Below are positions 13,295-26,771 of a DNA stretch of 64,000 nucleotides, piece after piece. The stretch's first letter is position 1, and every line of letters begins with the position of its first letter. Location: NCBI RefSeq assembly GCF_963921235.1, contig NC_086097.1:106394001-106458000 (forward strand), read 5' to 3'. The notes beneath the pieces are model-generated. The model ran no database searches. It saw only the letters and a list, made by a program, of their open reading frames with translations, and was not told the origin of the DNA. The position numbers and the translations under genes are program-made. Origin of the DNA: Mobula hypostoma. Lineage: Eukaryota.

Positions 13295-13637
13295 TCTCTC
13301 TAATATCCACAAGTCATAGTGAGGACAGAAACATGAAGATGATACAGTTTAACACGTGGCTAAGGAGTTGGTATAGGAAGGAAGTTTCAGATTTTTGGAT
13401 CATTGGGAAGGTAGGACCTGTACAGAATAGACAGTTTGCACCTAAACTGGGGGGGGGGGCAACTAATATGCTAGTAGGAAGGGTTTGCTGGCGTTGCGGG
13501 AGGCTTAAAGGAGAGTTGCAGGGGGATGGGAACGAGAGTGCCAGAAAAGATAGTGGAGTGGTTGTAGAGACAGATGCTGTTAAGACCTTAGACAAAGTCA
13601 GGAATCAGGAGGTTGAGCACGATGAGACTAATGTTCT
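13295..13637 (+). mobile_element. Old CR1 fragment spanning the ORF1 end and ORF2 start
   Basis: FNTWLRSWYRKE and LQGDGNESAR match the ORF1/ORF2 junction at 18673-18830. Confidence 0.75.
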
Positions 13638-13675
13638 AAGTTCAAAGTTCAAAGTAAATTTTTATTATCAAAGAA

Positions 13676-16600
13676 AATATAAGACCATCAGACAAAGGAG
13701 CAGAAGTCGGCCATTTGGCCCATTGAGTCAGCTCCGCCATCTTATTATGAGTTGATCCATTCTCCCATTTAGTCCCACTCCCCCACCTTCTCACGATAAC
13801 CTTTGATGCCCTGGCTACTCAGATACCTATCAATCTCTGCCTTAAATACACCCAATGACTTGGCCTCCACTGCTGCGCGTGACAACAAATTCCATAGATT
13901 CACCACCCTCTAACTAAAAAAATTTCTTCCCATTTCTGTTCTGAATGGGCGCCCTTCAATCCTTAAGTCATGCCCTCTCGTACTAGACTCCCCCATCATG
14001 GGAAACAACTTTGTCACATCCACTCTGTCCATGCCTTTCAACATTCCAAATGTTTCTATGAGGTCTCCCCTTATTCTTCTAAACTCCAAGGAATACAGTC
14101 CAAGAGCGGACAAACGTTCCTCATATGTTAACCCTCTCATTCCCAGAATCATTCTAGTGAATCTTCTCTGTACCCTCTCCAACATCAGCACATCCTTTCT
14201 TAAATAAGGAGACCAAAACTGCCCACAGTACTCCAAGTGAGGTCTAACCAACGCCTTATAGAGCCTCAACATCACATCCCTGCTCCTATACTCTATTCCT
14301 CTAGAAATGAATGCCAACATTGCATTCGCCTTCTTCACTACTGACTCAACCTGGAGGTTAACTTTAAGGGTATCCTGTACGAGGACTCCCAAGTCCCGTT
14401 GCATCTCCGAACTTTGAATTCTTTCCCCATTTAAATAATACTCTGTCCATTTATTTTTTCTGCCAAAGTGGATAACCATACACTTTCCAACATTGTACTT
14501 CACTTGCCACTTCTCTGCCCATTCTTCCAATCTATCCAAGTCTCTCTGCAGACTCTCCGTTTCCTCAGCACTACCGGCCCCTCCACCTATCTTCGTATCA
14601 TCAGCAAACTTAGCCACAAAGCCATCTATTCCATAATCCAAATCGTTGATGTACAATGTAAAAAGGAGCGGCCCCAACACAGACCCCTGTGGAACACCAC
14701 TGGTAACCGGCAGCCAACCAGAATAGGATCCCTTTATTCCCACTCTCTGTTTCCTGCCAATCAGCCAATGCTCTATCCACGTATGTAACTTTCCCGTAAT
14801 TCCATGGGCTCTTATCTTGTTAAGTAGCCTCATGTGTGGCACCTTGTCAAAGGCCTTCTGGAAATCCAAATATACAACATCCACTGCATCTCCCTTGTCT
14901 AGCCTACTGGTAATTTACTCAAAAAATTGTAATAAGTTTGTCAGGCAGGATTTTCCTTTAAGGAACCCATGCTGAGTTCTACCTATCTTGTCATATATGC
15001 CTCGAGGTACTCTGTAATCTCATCCTTGACAATCGACTCCAACAACTTCCCAACCACCAACGTCAAGCTAACAGGTCTATAATTTCCTTTTTGCTTTCTT
15101 GCCCCCTTCTTAAATAGCGGAGTGACATTTGCAATCTTCCAGTCCTCCGGAAGCATGCCAGAATCTATCGACTTTTGAAATATCGTCGCTAATGCCTCCG
15201 CAATCTCCACAGCTACTTCCTTCAGAACACGCGGGTGCATTCCATCTGGTCCAGGAGATTTATCTACCTTTAGACTATTCAGCTTCCTGAGTATTTTCTC
15301 TGTCGTAATTGTGACTGCGCACACTTCTCTTCCCTGCCACTCTTGAGTGTCCAGTATACTGCTGATGTCTTCCTCAGTGAAGACTGATGCAAAATACTCA
15401 TTCAGTTCCTCTGCCATCTCCTTATCTCCCATTACAATTTCTCCAGCATCATTTTCTATCGGTCCTATATCTACTCTCACCTGTCTTTTACTCTTTATAT
15501 ACTTGAAAAAGCTTTTAGTATCCTCTTTGATATTATTTGCTAGCTTCCTTTCATAATCTTTTCCCTGTTAATGACCTTCTTGGTTTCCTTTTGTAAGGTT
15601 TTAAAAACTTCCCAATCCTCTGTCTTCCCACTAATTTTTGCTTCCTTGTATGCCCTCTCCTTTGCTTTTACTTTGGCTTTGACTTATCTTGTCAACCACG
15701 GTTGCATCCTTTTTCCATTCGAAAATTTCTTATTTTTTGGAATATACCTGTCTTGCACCTTCCTCACTTCTTGTATGAACTCCAGCCACTGCTGCTCTGC
15801 TGTCTTTCCCGCCAGTGTCCCTTTCCAGTCAACTTTGGCTAGTTCCTCTCTCATGCCACTGTAATTTCCTTTACTCCACTGAAATACCAACACATCAGAT
15901 TTCGGCTTCTCTTTTTCAAATGTCACAGTGAACTCAATCATGTTATGATCACTGCCTCCTAAGGGTTCCTTCACCTCAATCTCTCTAATCACCTCCGGTT
16001 CATTACACAATACCCAATCCAGTACAGCCGATCCCCTAGTGGGCTCAACAACAAGCTGTTCTAAAAAGCCATCTCGCAGACATTCTACAAATTCTCTCTC
16101 TTGAGATCCAGTGCCGACCTGATTTTCCCAATCCACTCGCATGTTAAAATCCCCCACAATTATTATAACACTGCCCTTCTGACAAGCCTTTCCTATTTCC
16201 AGTTGTAATTTGTAGTCCACATCCCTGCAGCTGTTTGGAGGCCATCAGGGTCCTTTTACCCCTGTTATTTCTTAGCTCAACCCATAAAGATTCTAAACCT
16301 TCCGATCCTATATCACCTCTTTCTAATGATTTAATATCATTTCTTACCCATAAAGCCACGCCTCCCCCTCTGCCTACCTTCCTATCCTTCCGATACACCG
16401 TGTATCCTTGAACGTTCAGCTCCCAGAGACATGCATCCTTTAGCCAGGTCACAGTGATGGCCACAATATCATACCTGCCAGTCTGTAGCTGTGTGACAAG
16501 ATCATCCACCTTATTCCTTATGCTGCGTGCATTTAAGTACAACACCTTAAGACCAGTATGTGATACTTTCCACTTTGATTTCACTGCAACTTTATTGCAT

Positions 16601-17797
16601 TGTAACTCATCCCAATGGCTACAAATTTGACCCATCACCCGCCTGTCTTTCCTGACATCTTTACTGCTCACTATCTTAGATTCATTTCTGTTTTCCCCTT
16701 CCTCCGCTCTGTCACCTGGTTCCTATCCCCCTGCCAAATTAGTTTAAACCCTCCCTAACAGCTCTATTAAACGTTCCCGCCAGGATATTGGTCCCCTTCG
16801 GGTTCAGGTGTAACCTGTCCTTTTTGAACAGGTCATACTTCCCCCAGAAGAGATCCCAATTATCCAAGAATCTGAAGCCCTGCCCCCTACACCAGTCTCT
16901 CAGCCACGCATTCATCTGCCTGGTCCTACTATTCTTGCCCTCACTAGCACGTGGCACAGATAGCAATCCCAAGATTACTACCCTGGAGGTCCTGCTTCTC
17001 AACTTCCTTCCTAACTGCTGGAAATCTCTCTTCAGGACCTCCTCCTTTGTCCTATCTATGTCATTGGTACCAACATGTACCAAGACAACTGGCTGCTCAC
17101 CCTCCCCCTTCAGAATATTCAAGACCCGATCCGAGACATCCCGTACCCTGGCACCTGGGAGGCAACACAGCATGCGGGTATCTCTATCAGGCTCACAGAT
17201 TCTCCTGTCCGTTCCCCTGACTATGGAATCCCCTACGACTACCGCATTTCTCAACTCCCTCCTTCCTTCTCTCCTGCACAACAGCGCCAGGCTCAGTGCC
17301 AGAGACCTGGTCACCGTGGGCATCCCCTGTCAGGTCATCCCCCTCAATAGCATCCAAAACAAGATATTTGTTGCTGAGGGGGACAGCCACAGGTGTGCTC
17401 TCCTCTATCCAGGCCTATCCCTTCCCTCTCTTGACAGTGACCCAGTTTCTGACCTCTGTAGCCTGGGGATGACTACCTCCCTGTAGCTGCTGTCTATCAC
17501 CTCTTCACTTTCCCTGATAAGCAGTAGGTCATCAAGCTGCAGCACCGGATCCCTAACACGGTCTCTGAGGAGCTGCATCTCGGTGCACCTGGCGCAGATG
17601 TGGTCATCGGGGAGGCTGGATTCCCACATCTGACACCCTGAACAAAGCACTAACCCTGCAGGCATGCTATCTAATTCTACAGGAATGAAACAAGAAAAAT
17701 AAGTCTACTCACCCACTTACCTCGCCAAACAAACAAACTTTTTAAACCTTTAGCTCGCACCGTTAGCTGTGTGAGACCTGCTGTTCCTGTCTGTCTG
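13676..17797 (-). mobile_element. Near full-length CR1 LINE with frameshifts (zinc-finger/leucine-zipper/esterase ORF1; APE-RT ORF2)
   Basis: Successive minus-strand ORFs 17405-17665 (CSGC..CARC), 16739-17323 (GDS, GTND, DRLH), 16144-16671 (NARS), 15684-16220 (GDFN, SDH), 14983-15480 and 13910-14884 (PQG, FADD). Confidence 0.97.
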
Positions 17798-17800
17798 GAC

Positions 17801-18669
17801 ATCATATATGTCATCATATATGTCATCATATACAACCCTGAGATTAATTTTCCTGTGGGAGTATTCAGCAAATCTATAGAATAGTAACAGGATCACTGAA
17901 AGATCAACTGGAGTTCAAGAGACAAAAACTATGCAAATGCAAATATAAATAAGTAGCGTTAAATAACAGGAAGATTTGATAATGAGTCCTTAAAGTCAGA
18001 TCATTGGATGTAGGAACTTTTCAATGATGAGGCAAGTAAGTGTAGTTATCACCTTTTATTTAAAAAACCCTGATCTTGAAACCTGGTGGTGCTAGTCCTG
18101 ACGCTCTTGGTTGGGAGGAGAACCAATTTGCTCATTCTCTGAGGTTGTCATCTCCCTGTTGCTGAGGCTGCGAAGACTGACCTGGCTACTGTGCTCTGTG
18201 CCGCTAATATGTTGAACTGATAACTGAGGTTTTGGGCTGCTCTGGGGTTCGAACTTGTGGGCTCAATTTTGGTTCAGAATGATTTGTGTTTTCTTTACTT
18301 CCTCTTGTGCATTGAGTTTATTTATTTTTATTTTTATTCTTTTTTTTCTTAATTTGGTTCTTTCAGATCTCTTGCTTTGCAGCTACCTGTGAGCAAGCAA
18401 ATCTCAAAATTGTATAATTTATACATTCTTTGATAATAAGTGTACTTGAATCTGGAATCTTGTACCTTCTACCTACTGGCAGCAGCGAGAAGACAGCATG
18501 ACCTGGATGGTGAGGATCTCTGATGATGAATGCTGCTTTCTTACAACCGTGTTTCATGCACATATGCTCAATGGTTGGGAAGCCGTTACCCGTGATCTGC
18601 CGGGCTAAATCCACTACCTTTTATAGGATTTTCTGTTCAAAGGCCTTGGTGTTTCCATGTCAGTCTATG
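17801..18669 (-). mobile_element. Rex1-type LINE 3' part (host split by the CR1s; continues at 13638-13672 and 21778-21882)
   Basis: ORF 18363..18614 KKAAFIIRDPHHPGHAVFSLLP; tail gaactttgaac/ttgataataaa; sequence resumes across both CR1 insertions. Confidence 0.8.
18110..18457 (+). mobile_element. Non-autonomous retroposon 3' part with Rex1-like tail
   Basis: gctacctgtgagc..aatctcaaaattgtataatttatacattctttgataataagtgtacttgaatc; short tcttg duplication at the flanks. Confidence 0.7.
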
Positions 18670-18672
18670 ATG

Positions 18673-21600
18673 ATCAGTCTTCTGGGGCAGGTGGGACCTG
18701 TACAAGAGAGACGGGTTACACTTGAACTACAGGGGGACCGATATCCTTTCAGGGAGGTTTGTTAATGCTATTGGGGAGGCTTTAAACTAGATTTGCAGGG
18801 GGATGGGAACCAGAGTGCCAGAGCTGATAGTGTGGCTGGGGTGAAAATAAATGATGTTAAAAGTTCAAGCAAATCTGCTAATAGAAAGGTTGTGAGTGAT
18901 GGTAAAAATATTCTGAGGTGTATATATTTCAATGCTAGGAGTATTGCGGGGAAGGCAGATGAGTTGAGGGCGTGGATTGACACGTGGAATTATGACATTA
19001 TAGCAATTAGTGAAACTTGACTACAGGAGGGGCAGGACTGGCAGCTGAATATTCCAGGGTTCCGATGTTTCAGATGTGATCGAGGCAGAGGAATGAAAGG
19101 TGGGGGAGTAGCATTGCTTGTTTGGGAAAATATTACAGCAGTGCTCAGGCCGGACAGATTAGAGGGCTTGTCTACTGAGTCCTTATGGGTGGAGCTGAGA
19201 AACAGGAAAGGTATGGCCACATTAGTGGGATTGTATTACAGACCACCCAATAGTCAACGAGAATTGGAAGAGCAAATCTGCAGAGAGATAGCAGGCAACT
19301 GCAAGAAACATAAAGTTGTGGTGGTAGGGGATTTTAATTTTCCATATATTGATTGGGTCTCCCACACTGTTATGGGTCTAGATGGTTTAGAGTTTGTAAA
19401 ATGTGTTCAGGAAAGTTTTCTAAATCAATATATAGAGGGACCAACTAGAGGGAATGCAATATTGGATCTCCTGTTAGGAAACGAGTTAGGACAAGTGACA
19501 GAAGTCTGTGTAGGGGAGCACTTTGGTTCCAGTGATCATAACACCATTAGTTTCAACTTGATCATGGACAAGGATAGATCTGGTCCTAGGGTTGAGGTTC
19601 TTAACTGGAAGGCCAAATTTGAAGAAATGGGAAAGGATCTAAAAAGCGTGGATTGGGACAGGTTGTTCTCTGGCAAGGATGTGATCAGTAGGTGGGAAGC
19701 CTTCAAAGGAGAAATTTTGAGAGTGCAGAATTTGTATGTTCCTGTCAGGATTAAAGGCAAAGTGAATAGGAATAAGGAACCTTGGTTCTCAAGGGATATT
19801 GCAACTCTGATAAAGAAGAAGAGGGAGTTGTATGACATGTATAAGAAGCAGGGAGTAAATAAGGTGCTTGAGGAGTATAAGAAGTGCAAGAAAATACTTA
19901 AGAAAGAAATCAGGAGGGCTAAAGAAGACATGAGGTTGCCTTGGCAGTCAAAGTGAAGGATAATCCAAAGAGCTTTTACAGGTATATTAAGAGCAAAAGG
20001 ATTGTAAGGGATAAAATCGGTCCTCTTGAAGATCAGAGTGGTCGCCTATGTGCGGAACCAAAGGAAATGGGGGAGATCTTAAATAGGTTTTTTGCATCTG
20101 TATTTACTAAGGAAACTGGCATGAAGTCTATGGAATTAAGGGAAACAAGTAGTGAGATCATGGAAACTGTACAGATCGAAAAGGAGGAGGTCCTTGCTGT
20201 CTTGAGGAAAATTAAAGTGGATAATTTCCCGGGACCTGACAGGGTGTTCCCTCGGACCTTGAAGGAGACAAGTGTTGAAATTGCAGGGGCCCTGGCAGAA
20301 ATATTTAAAATGTTGCTGTCTACAGGTGAAGTACCGGAGGATTGGAGAGTGGCTCATGTTGATCCGTTGTTTAAAAAAGGATCGAAAAGTAATCCGGGAA
20401 ATTATAGGCCAGTAAGTTAACGTCGGTAGTAGGTAAGTTATTGGAGGGAGTACTAAGAGACAGAATCTACAAGCATTTGGATAGACAGGGACTTCTAGGG
20501 AGAGTCAACATGGCTTTGTGCGTGGTAGGTCATGTTTGACCAATCTATTGGAGTTTTTCGAGGAGGTTACCAGGAAAGTGGATGAAGTGGATATTGTCTA
20601 CATGGACTTCAGTAAGGCCCTTGACAAGGTCCCGCATGGGAGGTTAGGTAGGAAAATTCAGTTGCTAGGTATACATGGAGAGGTGGTAAATTGGATTAGA
20701 CATTGGCTCAACGGAAGAAGCCAAAGAGTGGTAGTAGAGAATTGCTTCTCCGAGTGGAGGTCTGTGACTAGTGGTGTGCCACAGGGATCAGTGCTGGGTC
20801 CATTGTTATTTGTCATCTATATCAATGATCTGGATGATAATGTGGTAAATTGGATCAGCAAATTTGCTGATGATACAAAGATTGGAGGTGTAGTAGACAG
20901 TGAGGAAGGTTTCAGAGCCTGCAGAGGGACTTGGACCAGCTGGAAAAATGGGCTGAAAAATGGCAGATGGAGTTTAATACAAACAAGTGTGAGGTATTGC
21001 ATGTTGGAAGGACAAACCAAGGTAGAACATACAGGGATAATGGTAAGGCACTGAGGAGTGCAGTGGAACAGAGGGATCTGGGAATACAGATACAAAATTC
21101 CCTAAAAGTGGCGTCACAGGTAGATAGGGTCGTAAAGAGAGCTTTTGGTACATTGGCCTTTATTAATCAAAGTATTGAGTATAAGAGCTGGAATGTTATG
21201 ATGAGGTTGTATAAGGCATTGGTGAGGCCGAATCTGGAGTATTGTGTTCAGTTTTGGCCACCAAATTACAGGAAGGATATAAATAAGGTTGAAAGAGTGC
21301 AGAGAAGGTTTACAAGGATGTTGCCAGGACTTGAGAAACTCAGTTACAGAGAAAGGTTGAATAGGTTAGGACTTTATTCCCTGAAGCGTAGAAGAATGAG
21401 GGGAGATTTGATAGAGGTATATAAAATTATGATGGATATTGATAGAGTGAATGCAAGCAGGCTTTTTCCACTGAGGGAAGGGGAGAAAAAAACCAGAGGA
21501 CATGGGTTAAGGGTGAGGGGGGAAAAGTTTAAAGGGAACATTAGGGGAGGCTTCTTCACACAGAGAGTGGTGGGAGTATGGAATGAGCTGCCAGACGAGG

Positions 21601-21777
21601 TGGTAAATGCGGGTTCTTTTTTAACATTTACGAATAAATTGGACAGATACATGGATGCGAGGTGTATGGAGGGATATGGTCCATGTGCAGGTCAGTGGGA
21701 CTAGGCAGAAAATGGTTTGGCACAGCCAAGAAGGGCCAAAAGGCCTGTTTCTGTGCTGTAGTTTCTATGGTTCTATG
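18673..21777 (+). mobile_element. CR1 LINE, 5'-truncated in ORF1, ORF2 complete but frameshifted
   Basis: ORFs 18793, 19093, 19941, 20518 and 20931 give NARS, GDFN, SDH, PQG, FADD and the C-terminal FFTQRVV; (ttctatgg) tail. Confidence 0.97.
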
Positions 21778-21889
21778 GATGCACTCAGTTAATATACTCT
21801 CCACTACATATCTATAATAGTTTCTCAAAGCTTTAGATGTCATGCCAAATCTCCGCAGACTCCTAAGGAAGTGGAGGCGCTAAGGAACA

Positions 21890-22575
21890 TATGAGTTGCA
21901 TTGTAAGTTAGTTATATTTCAGTGCAAGAAATGCTTTAGATAAGGCAAATGAGCTCAGGACATGCACCAGCAAATGGAATTATGATATCGTAGACATTCA
22001 TGAGACTTGGTTGAGGAGGGGCAGGTCTGGCAGCTCTGTATTCTGAGGTTCTGTTCTTTTAGATGTGATAGATCAGGAGGAATGTTGTTACTAGTCAGGG
22101 AAAATGTCATAGCAGTGCTCTGTCAGAACAGACTGGAAAACTCGTCTAATGAGGCATTATGGGTGGAACTGAGGAATAATAAAGGTATGACCATGTTAAT
22201 GGGGCTACATTATAGACCATCCAACAGTTCACAGGATTTAGAGGAACAAATCTGTAGAGAGATCACAGGCAGTTGCAAGAAATATAAGGCTGTTACAGTA
22301 AGTGATCTTAACTTTCCACATATTGACTGGGAATCCTGTACTGTAAAAGGACTATGTGTTATAGAATTTTGTCGAAAATGTTCAGGAAAGTTTCCTTAAT
22401 CAGTACATAGAAGTCAATACTTGATCCCCTTTTAGGGAATGAGGCAGGGCAGGTGACAGAAGTTTGTGTAGGAGAACATTTTGCATCTAGTGATCATAAT
22501 GCCACTAGTTTCAAGGTAACTATGGAAAAGGATAGGTCTAGTCCTTGGGTTGAGATTCTAAATTGCAGAAAGTCT
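21890..22575 (+). mobile_element. Old CR1 endonuclease-region fragment
   Basis: ORF 22007..22399 LWVELRNNKG, YRPSNS, SDLNFPHIDW. Confidence 0.85.
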
Positions 22576-22721
22576 CTGAAACTCTGTGACAGTCGGCTGT
22601 TGATAGCAGGGGGTATGTGTAGTACTGGCTAATAATGGTACCATCTCTCTTAGACAATAGAAAGGCTAGTGCTAGTCGATAACCCCAAAGGTGAAGAAAT
22701 ATTCTAAAGGAAGGATGAAGC

Positions 22722-25250
22722 AACTGTGGCTGACAAGGGAAGTTAAAGACTGCATAAAAGCAAAAGAGTGGGCATTTAATAATGCAAAAAATAGTGGCAA
22801 GTTTGAGATTGAGAAGCTTTTAAAAACTAACAGAAGGCAACTAACAAAGCCATAGGGAGATAAAAGATCAAACGTGAAGGCAAGCTAGACAATAATGTAA
22901 AACCAAATGTTTTTACTGATCTATAAAGAGTGAAAGAGAGGTGAGAGTGGATATTGGACTACTGGAGAGGTAGTAATGGTGGATAAAGAAATAGCAGATT
23001 AACTTAAGAAGTATTTTGTATCAGTCTTTGCTGTGGAAGTCACTAGCAGTATGCCAGAAATTTGAGAGTGTCAGCGGGCAGAAGTGAATGTAGTTGCTAT
23101 TACTAAGGAAAAGGTGCTTGGAAAGCTGAAAGGTCTGAAGGTAGATAAGTCACCTAGACCAGAGATTGTGCAGGCATTAGTAATGATCTTTCAAGAATCA
23201 CTAGATTCTGGAATGATTCTGGAGCACTGAAAAATTGCAAATATCACTCTATTCTTTAAGAAAGCAGGGAGGAAGAAGAAACCAATCGGTCTATAAGACC
23301 AATTAGCCTGACTTCAGTGGTTGGGAAGATATTGGAGTCCATTATTAAGGATGAGATTTTGGGGTACTTGGAGACACATGATAAGGTAGGTAAAAGTCAT
23401 CATGGTTTCCTTAAAGGAAACCTTCCCTGACAAATCTATTGGAATTCTTTAAGGAAATAACAGGCAGGATAAACAAAGGAGAGTCAGTGGACCTAGACAC
23501 TAGACATACAGAGTTCCAGACAGGTGGCTTTCTCACTGCTGAGTCCATTGGCTTGTTAGCAAGGGGCGTGAGCTGAAGGTAAGGAACAATGTTATTCAAC
23601 TTAGGAATATTGTGTCAACCAATCAGGATGGTGGAATTGGGAGAAGGTTCAAGAGAATGCTGGCGAAGAGGTTTTTGCAACGAACACTGGCGTGGGTCGA
23701 GGTCTTTTTGGTGGGAGCTGGGAGAAGACAGGAGGGAAGGTGGCTGAGGATGCCGTCCCTGTTGCACAAAGTGCTTTGTGCAGATGAAAGGCTTCAAGGA
23801 GGAAGGACTGATACTCCCATGGGGCAGCCTGTTAGTTCAAGATGGATTTCGAGCAACATTCAGAAGGTGTTGTGTGCTTTCACGCAGACCATGGGTCCAC
23901 CACGAGTTAAAGACAACTTTAAGATGAGCTCCTACTTATGTGCACATTTGGACTGGGTTAACTGTAATGGGCCCTTTTCATTTTTTCTTTTCTTTTTCCT
24001 AACTGTTCGTTAAAGCTGAAATTTGTAAATACAATTTCTTTATAATTGTATGTGGTGTACAACCTGTTACTTCTTCCCGACGGGTAATTGCAAGTGGGCA
24101 GCATTTACAGAGTATTCCCTCAGATCGGGGTGCAGGTGGTCAAAGCGTCCTGGCTCTCAAGTCTGGTGGGACCCAAGTCATATTGACCCTAGACGTACGG
24201 AGTACGAGACAGGTGGTTTTTTCACTGCTGAGTCCATTGACTTGTTAGTGAGGGGCTAACTAGCCACGTTTCTAGAGAAGCCCGGTAAAAAGGGGTTTCA
24301 TTTGGATTGTCAGAAGGCCTTTGACAAGGTGCCGGACATGAGATTGCTTAACAAGGTAAGAGCCCATGGTATTACAGAAAAGATACTGCATGGATAGAAG
24401 ATTGGCTGATCGGTAGAATTCACAGGTTCTGGGAATAAAGGGGGCCTATTTTGGTTGGCTGCTGGTGACTAGTCGTGTTCCACAGGGATCAGCGTTGGGA
24501 CCACTTCTTTGCACATTTTATGTCAATAATTTGTATGAAGGAATTCATGGTTTTGTGTCCAAGTTACAAGATGATACAAAGATAGTTGGAGGGACAGGTA
24601 ATGTTGAGGTAGCAGAGAGTCTTCAAAAGGACTTGGACAAAATAGGGGAATGGCAAAGAAGTGGCAAATGGAATATAGTGTTGGGAAGTGTACGGTCATA
24701 CACTTTGGTAGAAGGAATAAAGGCATAGATTATTTTCTAAATGGGCAGAAAATTCAAAAATCAGAGGTGCAAAGGGACTTGAGAGTTCTTGTGCAGGATT
24801 TCCTAAAGGTTAACTTGCAGGTTGAGTCAGTAGTAAGGTAGGCAAATGCAATGTTAGCATTGATTTCAAGAGGACCAGAATATAAGAGGAAGGACTTAAT
24901 ACTGAGGCTTTATAAGGCATTGGTCAAACTGTACTGTGAACACTTTTGGGCCCCTTAGGCCCAAAAGGATAAAGCTGGCATTTGGAGATGGACCAGAGGA
25001 GGCTCACGAGTATGATTCTGGGAATGGAAGGGTTAACATATAGGGAGCATTTGATGGCTTTGGGCCTGTCCTCACTGTCGAATGAGGAGGGGATTTCATT
25101 GAAACCTATCGAATATTGAAAGGACTAGATAGAGAGGATGTGGAGCCGTTCAGGGCCAGGAGACACAGTCTCAGAATAGAGGGGCATCCATTTAGAACAG
25201 AGATGAGGAGGCATTTCTTTAGTCAGAGGGCAATGAAATCCATAGAATTC
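22722..25250 (+). mobile_element. Degraded CR1 ORF2 (RT) interrupted by an LTR-like insert
   Basis: VPQGSALGPLL, WQMEYSVGKC; colinear with other CR1 copies on both sides of 23492-24300. Confidence 0.9.
23492..24300 (+). mobile_element. LTR-like insert with an internal ~65-bp direct repeat
   Basis: Ends ggggtttca; 23920-24070 resembles the reverse complement of 30660-30800; 23500-23566 repeats at 24189-24256. Confidence 0.55.
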
Positions 25251-25289
25251 ATAAAGTTATCAGTTGATTAGACTGTTAGATTGTTGGAA

Positions 25290-25412
25290 ATCAAAACAAT
25301 AACTACAGATGTTGGAAATTTTAAAATGAACACAAAATTCTGGTGGCACTCAGCAGCATCTTTGAAAAGAGAAAAGGAGTTAATATTTCCGGTTGAAGAT
25401 CCTGCTTCAGGT
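25290..25412 (-). mobile_element. Penelope-like terminal repeat remnant
   Basis: ctacagatgttggaaat..acacaaaattctggtggcactcagc..; minus strand has the degenerate ctgaagca...gaaa motif. Confidence 0.55.
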
Positions 25413-25479
25413 GGATTAAAATACAGATGATATGATTAAACTCCTCTGAAGGCAAAAATTTATGCCATTGAGGTGATGT

Positions 25480-25570
25480 AGAAACATAGAAAATAGGTGC
25501 AGGAGTAAGCCATTCGGCCCTTCGAGCCTGCACCGCCATTCAGTATGATCATGGCTGATCATCCAACTCA
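25480..25570 (-). mobile_element. Severely 5'-truncated CR1 3' tail (91 bp)
   Basis: Matches 35202-35290; 6-bp TSD tgatgt (25474-25479, 25571-25576). Confidence 0.9.
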
Positions 25571-26298
25571 TGATGTGCGCTACTCAATGCAAGTTGCCTC
25601 ACTAAAAGTTACTAATGCGAGCTGCCAGGATCATATGATGTAACCTTGATGGAAATCTTTTTAGAATCCTTTCAGACATGGCATTTCTGCAGTCATGCTC
25701 TTTGAAGCCTATCACTCATGACATCCTAATCAAACACAAAACACTAATTTAGCAATGTTTGGTGCCTGGCTGAGGTATTGCTGCAAGTTAGTGAAGTAGT
25801 GTGATCTCTCGAGTTGAGTATGATGTTTTCCCAAAGGGGTTGTCTATTGATGGGTCCTCAACTGGCTGCAGAGGCCGATTCAGAACCCATGTATCCAGGA
25901 TGTTAGAGTGGATTCTCTTAATGGAGAATGCTTGTGTGTGACATAGTCACATTATGACATCCTCCTTCCTTAATCTTCAGCATTAAGGTGGAATTTTTAT
26001 TCCCTCCTCTTATGGGGTGCCATGCCATGTGAAGGAAATATTTACCACATCTTTGTATCCTTTGTCTATTATTCACTTGCTGAAAGAATGTCTGTGGACG
26101 TAGATTTACAGTGGTGTGAGCTACGTGAGGTGCTCTGTGAGAATGAGAGGCAAGTCCTGAGAATCTACTGATTATTAAAGTGTCCCAGAAGCAAACTTGA
26201 TGAAACTCTCTCCTAGTTCAAAGTTCAAAGTACGTGTACAGTATACAATCTCGAGATTCGTCATCTTGCAGGCAGCCACAAAACAAAGAAACAGCATA

Positions 26299-26771
26299 AT
26301 ATAGGCAAACAACAGGAATTCTGCAGATGCTGGAAATTCAAGCAACACACATCAAAGTTGCTGGACTGACGAAGGGTCTCGGCCTGAAACATCGACTGTG
26401 CCTCTTCCTAGAGATGCTGCCTGGCCTGCTGTGTTCACCAGCAACTTTGATGTGTGTAGCATAATATAGACATCCGTTATTCTCATGAGACCATGGATTT
26501 GCGCCTTGGGAAGTTTCCAGGGCGCAGGCCTGAGCGAGGTCGTATGGAAGACCAGCAGTTGCCCATGCTGCAAGTCTCCCCTCTCCATGTCACCGATGTT
26601 GTCCAAGGGAAGGGCATTAGGACCCATACAGCTTGGCACCGGTGTCGTCGCAGAACAATGTGTGGTTAAGTGTCTTGCTCAAGGACACACATGCTGCCTC
26701 AGCCAAGGCTCGAACTAGTGACCTTCAAATCACTAGATGAACGCCTTAACCACTTGGCCACGCGCCAACAC
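26299..26771 (-). mobile_element. tRNA-derived SINE with CORE-like middle and RTE-like tail
   Basis: A box tggccaagtgg, B box agttcgagcc, gtgtccttgagcaagacacttaacc; TSD aaagaaacagcata/aaggaacagcata. Confidence 0.8.
26305..26457. mobile_element. Penelope-derived hairpin with hammerhead-like core, nested in the SINE tail
   Basis: Perfect 12-bp TSD agcataatatag; inverted arms acacacatcaaagttgctgg / ccagcaactttgatgtgtgt; ctgacga-agg..cct-gaaac at 26366-26390. Confidence 0.85.

Noticed and set aside
17801..17831. 12-bp tandem repeat atcatatatgtc (MMTY in the ORF track)
   Set aside because: Local duplication of the Rex1 3'UTR at the CR1 junction, not coding
26690..26771. tRNA gene (also 44798-44860 and V-SINE heads)
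   Set aside because: A/B boxes continue into SINE bodies, and no complete cloverleaf is evident
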